Origin: an uncultured Alphaproteobacteria bacterium
GTDB taxonomy: Bacteria > Pseudomonadota > Alphaproteobacteria > JAGOMX01
Reading direction: 5' to 3'
NCBI GenBank assembly: GCA_963780985.1
Contig: CAWAEF010000031.1
Span: forward strand, 86,100-150,099
DNA: 64,000 nucleotides
Position 1 is the stretch's first letter. Every line of letters begins with the position of its first letter. The position numbers and the translations under genes are program-made. Positions 1 through 9,454 of the stretch are shown one piece after another. The notes below the pieces were generated by a model. It was not told the DNA's origin. It searched no databases and was given only the letters and a program-made list of their open reading frames with translations.

Positions 1-313
1 TAACTGTGACTTCTTCAGCATTCGTATGCCAGTGCGGAGGGATAACGTAACAATCCGGTAACTCAAGCCTTAGTGTATAGGGCTCTGCTTTGCTAATGTC
101 TCCACGAAGAACACTTATGTTTGCTCCGTCAGGTAATCCCGGTGCAGGGTGAAACTTAACATCAGCTTGTTGTATTATAATAGATTCGCTTTGTTTCGTT
201 GGTACAGGTGCATCTTGTTGATTTTTATTTTCATCTGCAGCATGTAAAAAAGCAATAAATAGTGAACAAGACAGCATGGCGCTAAATGCTATAGTTTTCA
301 AAAAAGCGTACAT
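1..313 (-). CDS. cupin-like secreted protein, N-terminal part only (gene runs off the left edge)
   Basis: ATG at 313-311 sits behind a GAAGGGGA purine run. My translation MYAFLKTIAFSAMLSCSLFIAFLHAADENK... has a signal-peptide-like start. It reaches the window edge in ...YVIPPHWHTNAEEVTV, a cupin-type motif. It is absent from the ORF track because there is no stop inside the window. Confidence 0.45.
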   Translation of the reverse strand, partial: MYAFLKTIAFSAMLSCSLFIAFLHAADENKNQQDAPVPTKQSESIIIQQADVKFHPAPGLPDGANISVLRGDISKAEPYTLRLELPDCYVIPPHWHTNAEEVTV

Positions 314-466
314 AATCATTTCCCCTTCTTTAGGTAGTGTTGCCGTAATGACGTAACAAGAATACCTTATAAATCTTAATGAAAAATTACGTAAATAAAC
401 ATTCAAATGGTACTACAAATGTACATTCCCCCCTTTAATAAAGCATTTACTAGAACTAGAAAAAGT

Positions 467-792
467 GGCTCTTATGTAAAAGGGGGGCTGGATGTAAACT
501 TCTACCCCCGGCAGACGTCATCCTGAACGGAGGACCGCGCAGCGGGCTGTATTGAAGGATCCAGTCAGACATGTGTCGCGTAGCGACCCTGCTTATAGAT
601 ATACCCAACCTACAAATGAAACAATCAGATGTCTACATGACGTTAAAAATGGGGCCATCTACAGCAGAGTTGCTTCGCGACACATGTCTGACTGGATCCC
701 ACACTGCCGCCCGCTGCGCGGTCCTCCGTTCAGGATGACGTCTGCCGGGGGGTAGAAGTTTACATCCAACCCAATCGTTTTGCATAAAAGCC
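467..792. repeat. family A palindromic MITE-like element, copy A1 (326 bp)
   Basis: Long terminal inverted repeats GGCTCTTATGYAAAA..GGATGTAAACTTCTACCCCCGGCAGACGTCATCCTGAACGG...GGATCC are mirrored at the right end. Related copies lie at 25958-26330, 52893-53252 and 56437-56796. Confidence 0.9.
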
Positions 793-1053
793 AAATTTAA
801 TAGAAGGATAATCCCCTGCTCTAACAGCCAAATGCGGCGAGCAAACTGTACCGATTATGAAACCACCTCAACAGATCCCATTACTCTGAGGATGGGCCCT
901 TACGCCATAACTGCCACTTGCTCGTCGGGATCCAGTCTGGGGTTGCTGGAGAGTGTCTTGCGGAAGTCGTCTATTACTTGCTTGGTTTCTTCCGCAGATA
1001 TGCCGAGGCCCAGAAGAACAGAGCTGGCCAGTTGAAGGCTTGGCTCTAGGGTT

Positions 1054-2622
1054 TCAGGAATGATGACTTCTTGCGCCGGCGGCGATCAGCTTCTTGGCAT
1101 AACGATCGTCGCGCAGGCGCACACAAACTTCTACATGAGGGAAGGCCTTTCGTATGTCCAATGTGACCTTCATGGACTTCGTGCTAGAGCTTAGACACAC
1201 GAGGATGACCTTGGCCTTCTTGGCGCCCAAAATATCCAACACATTGGGACGCAGGGCGTCGCCATAAAATACGGGCCAGCCACGGGCTCGGCCTAGGTTG
1301 ACCCTATCCATGTCATCATCGATGGCCACAAAAGGAATCACCCGTTCGGTCAACATGCGGGCCACTAATTTACCCACGCGTCCAAAGCCTAAAATGATAA
1401 CGTGATCCTTCAAGTCACCTTCCCGGAAAGCTTTGCGGATGGTCAGGGTCGACTCGGCCTCCGTATAACGGACCTCAAGGAACTTGCCCAGAGAGTCCAG
1501 CAACGGCGTCAAGCCCATAGATATAGCCACAGCCGCATACAAGATTTGTCCCAATTCTGCTGGAATAATATGGTTATCAATGGCCGGCCCAAAAATCACG
1601 AAAGCGAACTCACCGCCGCTTGCCAAGATCAATGCCACCCTGAGCGACGTCATGAAGGGCAGCATAAACACTCGACAAGAAATGATGATGAGCACGAACT
1701 TCGTCAAAATAAGGCTGGCAATAATTGCTGGCAACAAGACGATGTGATCAATAATGAGTCCCAAATCAATGGACATGCCGACAGTGATAAAGAACAGCCC
1801 CAACAGCAACCCATGGAAAGGTGCAACGTCTGCTTGCACCTGGTGTCGGTATTCGGTTTCCGAAAGCAACAGCCCCGCCAAAAAGGCGCCCAGCTCCATG
1901 GAAAGACCCGCGGCAGCTGTCGTTACACTGGTGGTCAGAATGACCAACAAAGTCATAGCCACAAACAGCTCCGGATTGCCGTGCTTCGACATTGCTCGGA
2001 ATAAAGGCCTCAAAATCATACGGCCAACGGCAATTATAACCGCCAGCACGACACCTGTCTTGACGGCAACCCACGCCAGCTCGTCGATAAGGGGAAGCTC
2101 GTTCTTGCCCATCGTGTTAACCAGCACCAACAGGACAACAACGGCCAGATCCTGGAACAGCAACACCGCAAAGGATGCACGTCCAAAACGGACCGCAAGC
2201 TCTTCACGTTCTGTCATGACTTGTAAGCTCACAGCCGTGGACGAAAGGGCCAGGGCGCTTCCAATAAGGATAGACGCCTGCACGGATACATCGACCATGT
2301 AACAAAATGTGCCTATGGCAAAGCTAGTGATTAAAACCTGCAGGGCCCCCAAGCCAAACACATAACGACGCATGCTCTGCAATCGTTCCAACGTAAGCTT
2401 GAGGCCTACGGAAAACAGGAAAAACACCACACCCATCTGGCCAAGGAATTTCGAGCTTTCAAGCTCACTGATAAACCCCAACAGGTGAGGCCCAATAAGA
2501 ACGCCAGCGATCATATACCCAATAACAGGACTTGCCTTAAAACGACGGAAAATCGAGACAACGACCACCGCCGAAAGCAAAAATACAATGATATCATTCA
2601 GATAGGGTGGTAATTCCTCCAA
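1054..2622 (-). CDS. kefB: CPA2 family K+/H+ antiporter (KefB/KefC-like) with a TrkA-N/KTN domain; the C-terminal tail continues in another frame to 900
   Basis: 522-aa ORF with many TM helices, then VIILGFGRVGKLVARML, a Rossmann/KTN motif. The ORF stops at 1054, but a frame shift near 1070 continues as EVIIPETLEPSLQLAS...VAVMA* to TAA at 902-900. Confidence 0.8.
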   Translation of the reverse strand: MEELPPYLNDIIVFLLSAVVVVSIFRRFKASPVIGYMIAGVLIGPHLLGFISELESSKFLGQMGVVFFLFSVGLKLTLERLQSMRRYVFGLGALQVLITSFAIGTFCYMVDVSVQASILIGSALALSSTAVSLQVMTEREELAVRFGRASFAVLLFQDLAVVVLLVLVNTMGKNELPLIDELAWVAVKTGVVLAVIIAVGRMILRPLFRAMSKHGNPELFVAMTLLVILTTSVTTAAAGLSMELGAFLAGLLLSETEYRHQVQADVAPFHGLLLGLFFITVGMSIDLGLIIDHIVLLPAIIASLILTKFVLIIISCRVFMLPFMTSLRVALILASGGEFAFVIFGPAIDNHIIPAELGQILYAAVAISMGLTPLLDSLGKFLEVRYTEAESTLTIRKAFREGDLKDHVIILGFGRVGKLVARMLTERVIPFVAIDDDMDRVNLGRARGWPVFYGDALRPNVLDILGAKKAKVILVCLSSSTKSMKVTLDIRKAFPHVEVCVRLRDDRYAKKLIAAGARSHHS

Positions 2623-2714
2623 CGCAGCGCCTTATGTATGTTTATGGGTTATGATAGATATAATATAATACCAAATTCAGGCGCAATAACAAGGAGAAAC
2701 CTTGAGCGGGATCC

Positions 2715-3455
2715 GGAAGTCAGAAACCAGAATCCGGAAACCGGAAACCAGAAACCGGAAACCAGAAACCGGAAACCAGAAACCGGAAACCAGAAACCAG
2801 AATCCAGAATCCGGAAACAAGAAACCAGAATCCGGAAACCGGAAAACAGAATTCAGGATTATTAGTTCAGCCCACAGCAACCGTCATCCTGAACGAACGA
2901 CCGCGAAGCGGGCGGTAGAGAAGGATCCAGTTAGACATGTGTGAGCGCAGCGAACTCCTTATTAACCTTCTCGCCCCAACGAAGTTAGTTTCGAGTTCGC
3001 TACGCTCACACAATTGCGCTGGATCCTGTCCAGCAACGCTTCGCTTATGCCGCTCGAGGATGACGGCCGCTGGGGCGGGATCGGTGACCTAAGGCACACT
3101 AAACTGGACTCCAGAAACCAGAAACCAGAAACCAGAAACCAGAAACCAGAAACCAGAAACCAGAAACCAGAAACCTGGATTATTAGTTCAGCCCCCAGCA
3201 ACCGTCATCCTGAACGGACGACCGCGAAGCGGGCGGTAGTGAAGGATCCAGTTAGACATGTGTGAGCGCAGCGAACGCCTTATTAGCACTCTCGCCCCAA
3301 CGAAGTTAGTTTCGAGTTCGCGACGCTCACACTATGTGCGCTGGATCCTGTCCAGCAACGCTTCGCTTATGCCGCTCGAGGATGACGGCCGCTGGAGGCG
3401 GAATCGGTGACCTAAGACACACTAAACTGGATTCCGGATTCCGGATTCTGGATTC
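2715..3455. repeat. composite repeat block: heptad array, palindromic core B1, heptad array, core B2, inverted heptad array
   Basis: 20 RGAAWCC heptads at 2715-2857. Core at 2883-3063. (CCAGAAA)x9 perfect at 3111-3175. Core at 3204-3386. 4 inverted heptads at 3429-3455. Confidence 0.9.
3111..3175. repeat. perfect 7-bp tandem repeat (CCAGAAA) x 9.3
   Basis: Read directly from the sequence: ccagaaaccagaaacc... with no mismatch. Confidence 0.95.
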
Positions 3456-3463
3456 TAACCTTA

Positions 3464-4932
3464 CTAAATACTATAATACATCTCAAACTCAATCGGATGC
3501 GGCACCCTTGAGAACATATGAATTTCCTCTTGTTTGATCCCGATATAGGCATCAATCAGATCATTGGTAAACACATCCCCCTTCAGCAGGTATTCACGAT
3601 CCTCGTTGAGCGCACGAACAGCATCCTGCAGCGACGTGCACAAAAGCCCGTACTTGTTCTCGCCATGCTTTGTTTCGTACAAATTTATATCCAGGGCCTC
3701 TCCGGGGTGGATCTTGTTTTGTATACCATCCAAACCAGCCATCATCATTGCCGTCAAGGCTAAATACCCATTGGCAGTCGCGTCGGGGAAGCGCACTTCA
3801 ATACGCCTCTGTCGCGGTTCAGGAATGTGGGGATCCTCAGCGCCGCGGAACGATTGCGCGCCGAGTATGCAATGTAAACAGGTGCTTCAAAGCCCGGAAC
3901 CAGTCGTTTATAACTATTCGTCGTCGGATTGGTAAACGCATTCAATGACCGGGCGTGATGGATGATGCCGCCGATGTAATGCAGGGCCAGTTCAGACAGT
4001 CCGCCATATTCATTGCCTGGGAACAGGGGCTCCCCATTCTTCCACAGGGACTGGTGCACATGCATCCCAGAACCATTGTCGCCATAAATGGGCTTGGGCA
4101 TAAACGTAACAGTCTTGTTGAAATTATGGGCTACATTGCGAATCACATATTTGAACAGCTGCAGGTTATCACCGGTCGTCAGCAGGTCAGCGTACTTAAA
4201 GCCAATCTCGTGCTGACCGGATGCCACTTCATGGTGATGCTTGTCGCCATTCAGTCCCATGGTATTCATGACCGACAACATCTCCGCCCGAAGGTCATTG
4301 GCCGAATCCACCGGCGGCACAGGGAAATAGCCCTTGCCAGGCAGCATCTTATGGCCAAAATGACGCATATGCCCTTTGGTGTTCAATAAAGAGCTATTCG
4401 GATAGGCACCTTCGGTCCAGTTGATATTATAAAAGGAATTTTGTGGGCTGGTCTCATAATGCACTTCATCAAAGATAAAGAACTCAGGCTCAGGTCCAAA
4501 ACGCGCCTCATCGGCAATACCTGTCTGGCGCAGGTATTCTTCACCCTTTACAGCCACAGAACGCGGGTCGCGGGAATACTGCTTACCCGAGGATGGCTCA
4601 ACCACACTGCAGAACACGATCAACGTCGTATGTTCAGTCAGCTGGTCAAATACCGCATTGGTAGAATCCGGGGAAAGCAACATGTCAGAATCATGAATCG
4701 GCCGCCAGCCAGTTATCGAAGAGCCATCAAACATAAGTCCATCGCAAAGAGTCGCCTCATCTAGAGCATTCTTGTGCACCGATAGATGATGCCAGACACC
4801 CTGCATATCCGTGAAACGAAAGTCGACGTATTCAGCCCCGCCATCGTTGACTTGCTTCATGATGCGCGCCGCATGTTCCTTGCGAGAGCTGTTAAATGAA
4901 TCGTAAGAACTGGTTTTAAGTGCCTTTGACAT
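3464..4932 (-). pseudogene. glnA: glutamine synthetase type I, interrupted by one frameshift near 3817-3830
   Basis: The 390-aa ORF (3760-4932) carries GSI motifs (KPIYGDNGSGMHVHQSLW, YSARNRSAALRIP). The 110-aa ORF (3464-3796) is the GSI C-terminus (RFPDATANGYLALTAMMMAGLDGIQNKIHPGE). The second frame reads back as PEPRQRRIEVRFPD, so the two pieces join with a 1-nt shift. Confidence 0.85.
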
Positions 4933-5122
4933 TGTGATCCCCTAAATTGTAAAGCTATATTACTTTAGTAACCACTCACCAAATATTTCAAGGGATGACA
5001 AGCTGAGACTTGGTCCATCCTATCCACCATGATGGTGATTCGTTACGTTTATTAATTTCCCATGTTATTGACAATGTGCATCACTTTGCGATAGATTTCA
5101 ATCGCCTATTTTAAGGAATGTC

Positions 5123-5941
5123 ATGCCTGAACTCCCCGAAGTCGAAACCGTTTTACAAGGCCTAAAGCCCATTATGAAAGGCTTTAAGATTAATAAGGTT
5201 GTGCAAAACCGCCTTGATCTACGCTACCCTTTTCCAGAAAATTTTGTTGAACGACTGACAGGGCGATTAATCACGGATATCTCCCGCCGCGCAAAATACA
5301 TGATAGCCGATCTAGATTCAGGCGAGTCTCTCATCATACATCTGGGCATGTCCGGCCGCGTGTCTGTGACCAAGGACTATCACCCCAAAAAGCACGATCA
5401 CGCTATATTCCACATGTCGAGCGGAGCCATCGTCACCTACAATGACGCCCGCCGTTTCGGCTTTATAGATTTGTGCACAACCGATCACCTTGCCAGTTAC
5501 AAAGCCTTCAAAACCCTAGGTCCCGAGCCACTGAGCGAGCAATTCACCCTTGATTTCCTCCTAGCCGCTGCCAAAAACAAAAGCGCCCCCATCAAGTCCG
5601 TACTGCTAGATCAAAGAATCGTTGCCGGCCTAGGCAACATCTACGTCTGCGAGGCCCTTTATCTGTCTCGCATCCACCCCAGCCGTCCCGCTTGCGAGAT
5701 AAATCGTCCCGAAATGGCACAATTGCTGAAATCAATCCAAGGCGTCCTGAAAAAAGCCATCGCCGCAGGAGGCTCAACCTTACGTGACCACCAACAAACC
5801 AACGGCGAAATGGGCTATTTCCAACACAGTTTCCAAGTCTACGGCAGGCAAGGAGAAACCTGCAACCGCTGCGGCGCCCCCATCTGGCGCATGCAACATG
5901 CAGGCAGATCGAGTTTTTATTGTTCGAGTTGTCAGGTTTAA
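5123..5941 (+). CDS. mutM: formamidopyrimidine-DNA glycosylase
   Basis: N-terminal MPELPEVETV catalytic motif, an H2TH region, and a C-terminal zinc finger CNRCGAPI...FYCSSCQ. Confidence 0.93.
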   Translation: MPELPEVETVLQGLKPIMKGFKINKVVQNRLDLRYPFPENFVERLTGRLITDISRRAKYMIADLDSGESLIIHLGMSGRVSVTKDYHPKKHDHAIFHMSSGAIVTYNDARRFGFIDLCTTDHLASYKAFKTLGPEPLSEQFTLDFLLAAAKNKSAPIKSVLLDQRIVAGLGNIYVCEALYLSRIHPSRPACEINRPEMAQLLKSIQGVLKKAIAAGGSTLRDHQQTNGEMGYFQHSFQVYGRQGETCNRCGAPIWRMQHAGRSSFYCSSCQV

Positions 5942-5952
5942 ATACCAGTAAA

Positions 5953-7221
5953 TCAAAACACGTGCTTCACCAAAGGTGTCTTATGCAACACCTTCGCCGT
6001 CAACGTCCAAGCCAGCCCTAGTGCAAACGCAAACACAATGGCCATCTTAATCCCATTTGGCAGCCCCACGTTCATCAGCCCGTATTGACTCCACACCACG
6101 ATGGGCTCGTGCAGGTAGAAAATACCATAGGAACAGGCGCCCAGAGAGGCCCATTTACCTATATCATCGTTGGTAAACTTATACAGCACTATCATAATCG
6201 TAAATATTTGAGCCGTACACATGAAGCCATGCAGAGTCGTCCGAATCAACAACCCTGGCGCCACCTCGCGAAATAAGCCCCAAGCGTTATCCATACTGCC
6301 GCCCATGGCGAAATACCGCTGGATATCATTACTGAATGCACCCGTATAAAGATGAGCCTGATTGTACCAGCTATAGGCAATGGACAAAATCACCAAAAGC
6401 CCCACCCAGGCCAGCCAGTTGGCAGAAGCACGCTCCATGATATCTGTTTTCTTCAACAGATCCGCATTGGCCACCCCAACCCCGAGGATAAAGAAAAAGA
6501 TATAGCTGAATAGCATATTACTACGGGCCACAAACAGACCGACAAAGGCTGAAAGCCACGAATTGTCATCCATAATCACAAGATCACCCAGCCCCATCCA
6601 CCAAGGGGTCCCCCAGCGTACATCGCTATATCCAATCAGGATCGAGGCAATAATAGCAACGATCAAATACCCAACAACAGGCCGCCCCGCCAACCAAGCG
6701 GTCAGCCGCCCGATAAACCTGGTTACAAAAGGCAAGATCAAGTCCACAAAAGCAGTCACAAACGTGAACAGCAACAGAAAGGCAATGAACCAAAACCCCG
6801 CTGGGCTGAAGTTCTCTGGTGTCAAGAACACGTTCCACCAATAATCAAAATAGCCAATGCCTGGCTCTTGAGTTTCTTCGTATTTAACATAACGTAGAGG
6901 CGGCACCAATACGGCGATACCCACAAGCATGGGAATGAACAGCCGGACTGTTTTTTCCTTAATAAAGCTGAGCCATCCACGGCGATAAAGGGATGGCAGC
7001 ACAAACATACCGGCCAGGAAAAAGAGAGCCTGCATGATAAAGGCATCGGTCCACATAAACATCACATCAAAAGCACGACTGCGGTCGGGCAGGTCTATAA
7101 ACCACATCCGTCCGCCCCATTGTTCAGCATATCCTTGAACAGCATGCTGCAAGACGACGAAGGCAATCATCAATCCGCGCATATGGTCTAAATAATGGAA
7201 CCGTGCTTTCGTGGCAATCAT
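5953..7221 (-). CDS. acyltransferase family 3 membrane protein (OpgC/OafA-like)
   Basis: RFHYLDHMRGLMIAFVVLQHA motif and about 10 TM segments. I place the start at the ATG at 7221, behind AAGGAG. The longer ORF to 7446 overlaps the divergent neighbour. Confidence 0.75.
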   Translation of the reverse strand: MIATKARFHYLDHMRGLMIAFVVLQHAVQGYAEQWGGRMWFIDLPDRSRAFDVMFMWTDAFIMQALFFLAGMFVLPSLYRRGWLSFIKEKTVRLFIPMLVGIAVLVPPLRYVKYEETQEPGIGYFDYWWNVFLTPENFSPAGFWFIAFLLLFTFVTAFVDLILPFVTRFIGRLTAWLAGRPVVGYLIVAIIASILIGYSDVRWGTPWWMGLGDLVIMDDNSWLSAFVGLFVARSNMLFSYIFFFILGVGVANADLLKKTDIMERASANWLAWVGLLVILSIAYSWYNQAHLYTGAFSNDIQRYFAMGGSMDNAWGLFREVAPGLLIRTTLHGFMCTAQIFTIMIVLYKFTNDDIGKWASLGACSYGIFYLHEPIVVWSQYGLMNVGLPNGIKMAIVFAFALGLAWTLTAKVLHKTPLVKHVF

Positions 7222-7303
7222 GGCGTTTACTCCTTCATAGTTTTTTAACAATACAATGTCATCATACAAGGGCACAATAATTATTATGAGGGAGTGCAAA
7301 CCC

Positions 7304-9430
7304 ATGGCGATGATCCTTATCGACCTTAACAAGAAGCGGGCTGAGCTGATCCGCCAGTCCTTAGCGCGAACGCCCATGGGGCTTAATATAGAATCATTCC
7401 AAAAGCCAACGGACGCGGTGTCTTGGGTTGAGCAAAATAAGTGCAATCTTTTTGTTGTGGATCAAAAAATCCTTGAAGATACAGTTCATCTGAAAACCCT
7501 GAAAAGTTTGCCACGCGATGTGCCGATACTCGTACTTCAAAATGACGACAAAGAAGTACCCCTTGATCTGGATAATTTTGTCCATGAAGTGATTGGGCCT
7601 GTCATTGAACGAGCAACCCTTTTGCAACGTATCGAAAATCTTCTCGGGCTACAGCAATCTAAAGAAAAGCTGCGTAACATCCAAGAGTCCATATCTGAGC
7701 GAGGATTAGAGCGGTTTGAACTTGCCGTAAGTGCTTCCAATGATGGTGTTTGGGACTGGGATCTCGCCCGTGATCTCGTATTTTATTCACCCCGCTGGTG
7801 CGAAATCATAGGTTTTCAGATCGATGAAGTCGAGCCCAATGCGACCTCTTGGTTTGCCCGGGTTCATCCTGATGATGCCCCGCTACTAGAGACTGCCATC
7901 CAAACCCATCTGGAAGGGTCAGCTGAACGGATAGCAATAGAATACCGGATTCGCCATAAGAATGGTTATTATCGCTGGGTCTTGACCCGCGGCCAAGTCT
8001 TACAAGATGTAGCCGGACAGCCCCGTCGCTTGGTGGGTTCGCAAACGGATATTACGGATCGCAAAAGCGAAGAGCAAGAGATGTCATACAATGCCTTGCA
8101 TGATCCTTTGACGGGGACGGCCAATCGGGCCTTGCTGATGGAGCGGTTGCAGCAAATCATCGTTCACCAACGACGAGATCCAACCCAATTGTATTCGGTC
8201 ATGTTCTTGGATTTGGACGAATTTAAAGACGTCAACGATAACCTTGGCCATGAAGCTGGGGATCAGATCTTGAAAACCGTGACACAGCGCATGACTGCCT
8301 GTGTCCGCGAGCAAGATACTGTGGCCAGGCTAGGCGGCGATGAGTTTGTCATTTTAGTGGCAGGAACATCCGATCAGAACGAAGTAGAAGGGCTAGCCAC
8401 CCGCATCCTCTCAGAAATAGAAAAGCCAATTAAGTTACACGATATGTCCGTTCGAGTGAGTGTGAGTATCGGTATCGTAACGGATACCAGTGAATACAAG
8501 GACGCCGAGATGAGTGTCCGGGACGCAGACTTGGCACTCTATCACGCCAAATCCAAAGGTCGCAACCGATACGAAATCTTCAATCATACGATGGAAATGA
8601 GCTCCAGTAAGCATTTCACCCTGCAACACACCTTGTTGGGCGCAAAAGATCGACAGGAATTGCTCCTGCATTATCAGCCGGTGGTTTCCTTGGAAACAGG
8701 AGAAGTGGCTGGCTTTGAAGCATTGATGCGCTGGCAGCACCCTGAAAATGGTATCATTTATCCCTTGGATTTTATCCCATTGGCAGAGGAGATCGGTCTT
8801 ATCAAAGAGATGGGCAGCTGGGGCCTCCAAAAAGCATGCGAACAGCTCCGTGAGTGGCAGCAGACCATGCCAGGATCCAAAGATTGGTTTATGTGTGTTA
8901 ACGTTTCGGGACGCCAGTTAGATGGGGACGGCCTTGCGGATGTCATCCATGAAGTCTTGAGCGAAACAGGTATTGCTGGCAACAATCTTATTGTTGAAAT
9001 CACTGAAAATATATTAATGCACGATATTTATCAGGTCCTGCCGCGCCTGCACCAGCTCAAAGAATTAGGTATACAACTGGCCATCGATGATTTTGGTACA
9101 GGCTATTCTTCTCTTGCAGTCCTGAATGATTTCCCCTTTAATATATTAAAGGTAGCCCGAGAATTTGTAACTGGAATTGACGGTCGACAGAAGTCGGCTC
9201 GCACCGTGAAGCTGATACACATGCTCGCCAAGGAAATGAAGATGCTATCCATTGTGGAAGGCATCGAGACCGTCAGTGAGTACGAGGTGGTCAAAAGAAT
9301 TGGCTGTGAATTAGCCCAAGGCTTTTACTTCTCAAGACCTAAGGATGCGCAAACCATCACCGCATTTTTAGAGGCCGACCCTAAAGGAGCCTTTGTGGGC
9401 TCGCACAAATCGAAAAAAGTAACAGCTTAA
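7304..9430 (+). CDS. receiver-like/PAS/GGDEF/EAL c-di-GMP signalling protein
   Basis: PAS (SASNDGVWDWDL..), GGDEF (RLGGDEFVIL) and EAL (EALMRW, DDFGTGYSSL) motifs. I place the start at the ATG at 7304, behind GAGGGAG. Confidence 0.85.
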   Translation: MAMILIDLNKKRAELIRQSLARTPMGLNIESFQKPTDAVSWVEQNKCNLFVVDQKILEDTVHLKTLKSLPRDVPILVLQNDDKEVPLDLDNFVHEVIGPVIERATLLQRIENLLGLQQSKEKLRNIQESISERGLERFELAVSASNDGVWDWDLARDLVFYSPRWCEIIGFQIDEVEPNATSWFARVHPDDAPLLETAIQTHLEGSAERIAIEYRIRHKNGYYRWVLTRGQVLQDVAGQPRRLVGSQTDITDRKSEEQEMSYNALHDPLTGTANRALLMERLQQIIVHQRRDPTQLYSVMFLDLDEFKDVNDNLGHEAGDQILKTVTQRMTACVREQDTVARLGGDEFVILVAGTSDQNEVEGLATRILSEIEKPIKLHDMSVRVSVSIGIVTDTSEYKDAEMSVRDADLALYHAKSKGRNRYEIFNHTMEMSSSKHFTLQHTLLGAKDRQELLLHYQPVVSLETGEVAGFEALMRWQHPENGIIYPLDFIPLAEEIGLIKEMGSWGLQKACEQLREWQQTMPGSKDWFMCVNVSGRQLDGDGLADVIHEVLSETGIAGNNLIVEITENILMHDIYQVLPRLHQLKELGIQLAIDDFGTGYSSLAVLNDFPFNILKVAREFVTGIDGRQKSARTVKLIHMLAKEMKMLSIVEGIETVSEYEVVKRIGCELAQGFYFSRPKDAQTITAFLEADPKGAFVGSHKSKKVTA

Positions 9431-9454
9431 GCCCGCAAGGGCTGAGGAGGGGGC

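Noticed and set aside
552-755. 60-114-aa ORFs running through the family A elements on both strands (552-755, 25963-26274, 25981-26325, 52948-53145, 56545-56877), all with similar peptides (..SRSDS.YKYT..TNET..LHD.KNGAIYSRVASR.MS.WI..YRPLRG.P.RMT..).
   Set aside because: They are translations of a palindromic repeat that is open on both strands. Between copies A1 and A4 the 12 substitutions in the centre fall on all codon positions and are mostly non-synonymous. No RBS is present. I treat them as non-coding, although RPE-like in-frame behaviour cannot be excluded.
832-1035. 67-aa plus-strand ORF.
   Set aside because: It lies antisense to the frameshifted C-terminal tail of kefB (900-1070), which has a much more convincing translation.
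2638-3265. ORFs encoding PETRNQK/SGFWFLV repeats on both strands (also 50378-50708).
   Set aside because: They are direct translations of the RGAAWCC heptad arrays. Heptads shift frame every unit, so the apparent peptide repeats are artefacts.
2715-3455. Possible CRISPR array, given regularly spaced repeats with intervening sequence.
   Set aside because: The repeat units are either 7 bp or about 180-bp palindromes. The 'spacers' are themselves repeated elsewhere, there are no 25-40-bp direct repeats with unique spacers, and no cas genes are present in the window.
7222-7446. Upstream extension of the acyltransferase ORF. Similar extensions occur for lpxD (23146-23199), fabZ (21958-21975), vapC (42236-42328) and the small gene at 50251-50358.
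   Set aside because: In each case an internal ATG with a proper Shine-Dalgarno sequence and a family-typical N-terminus exists. The extensions overlap neighbouring genes or promoters.
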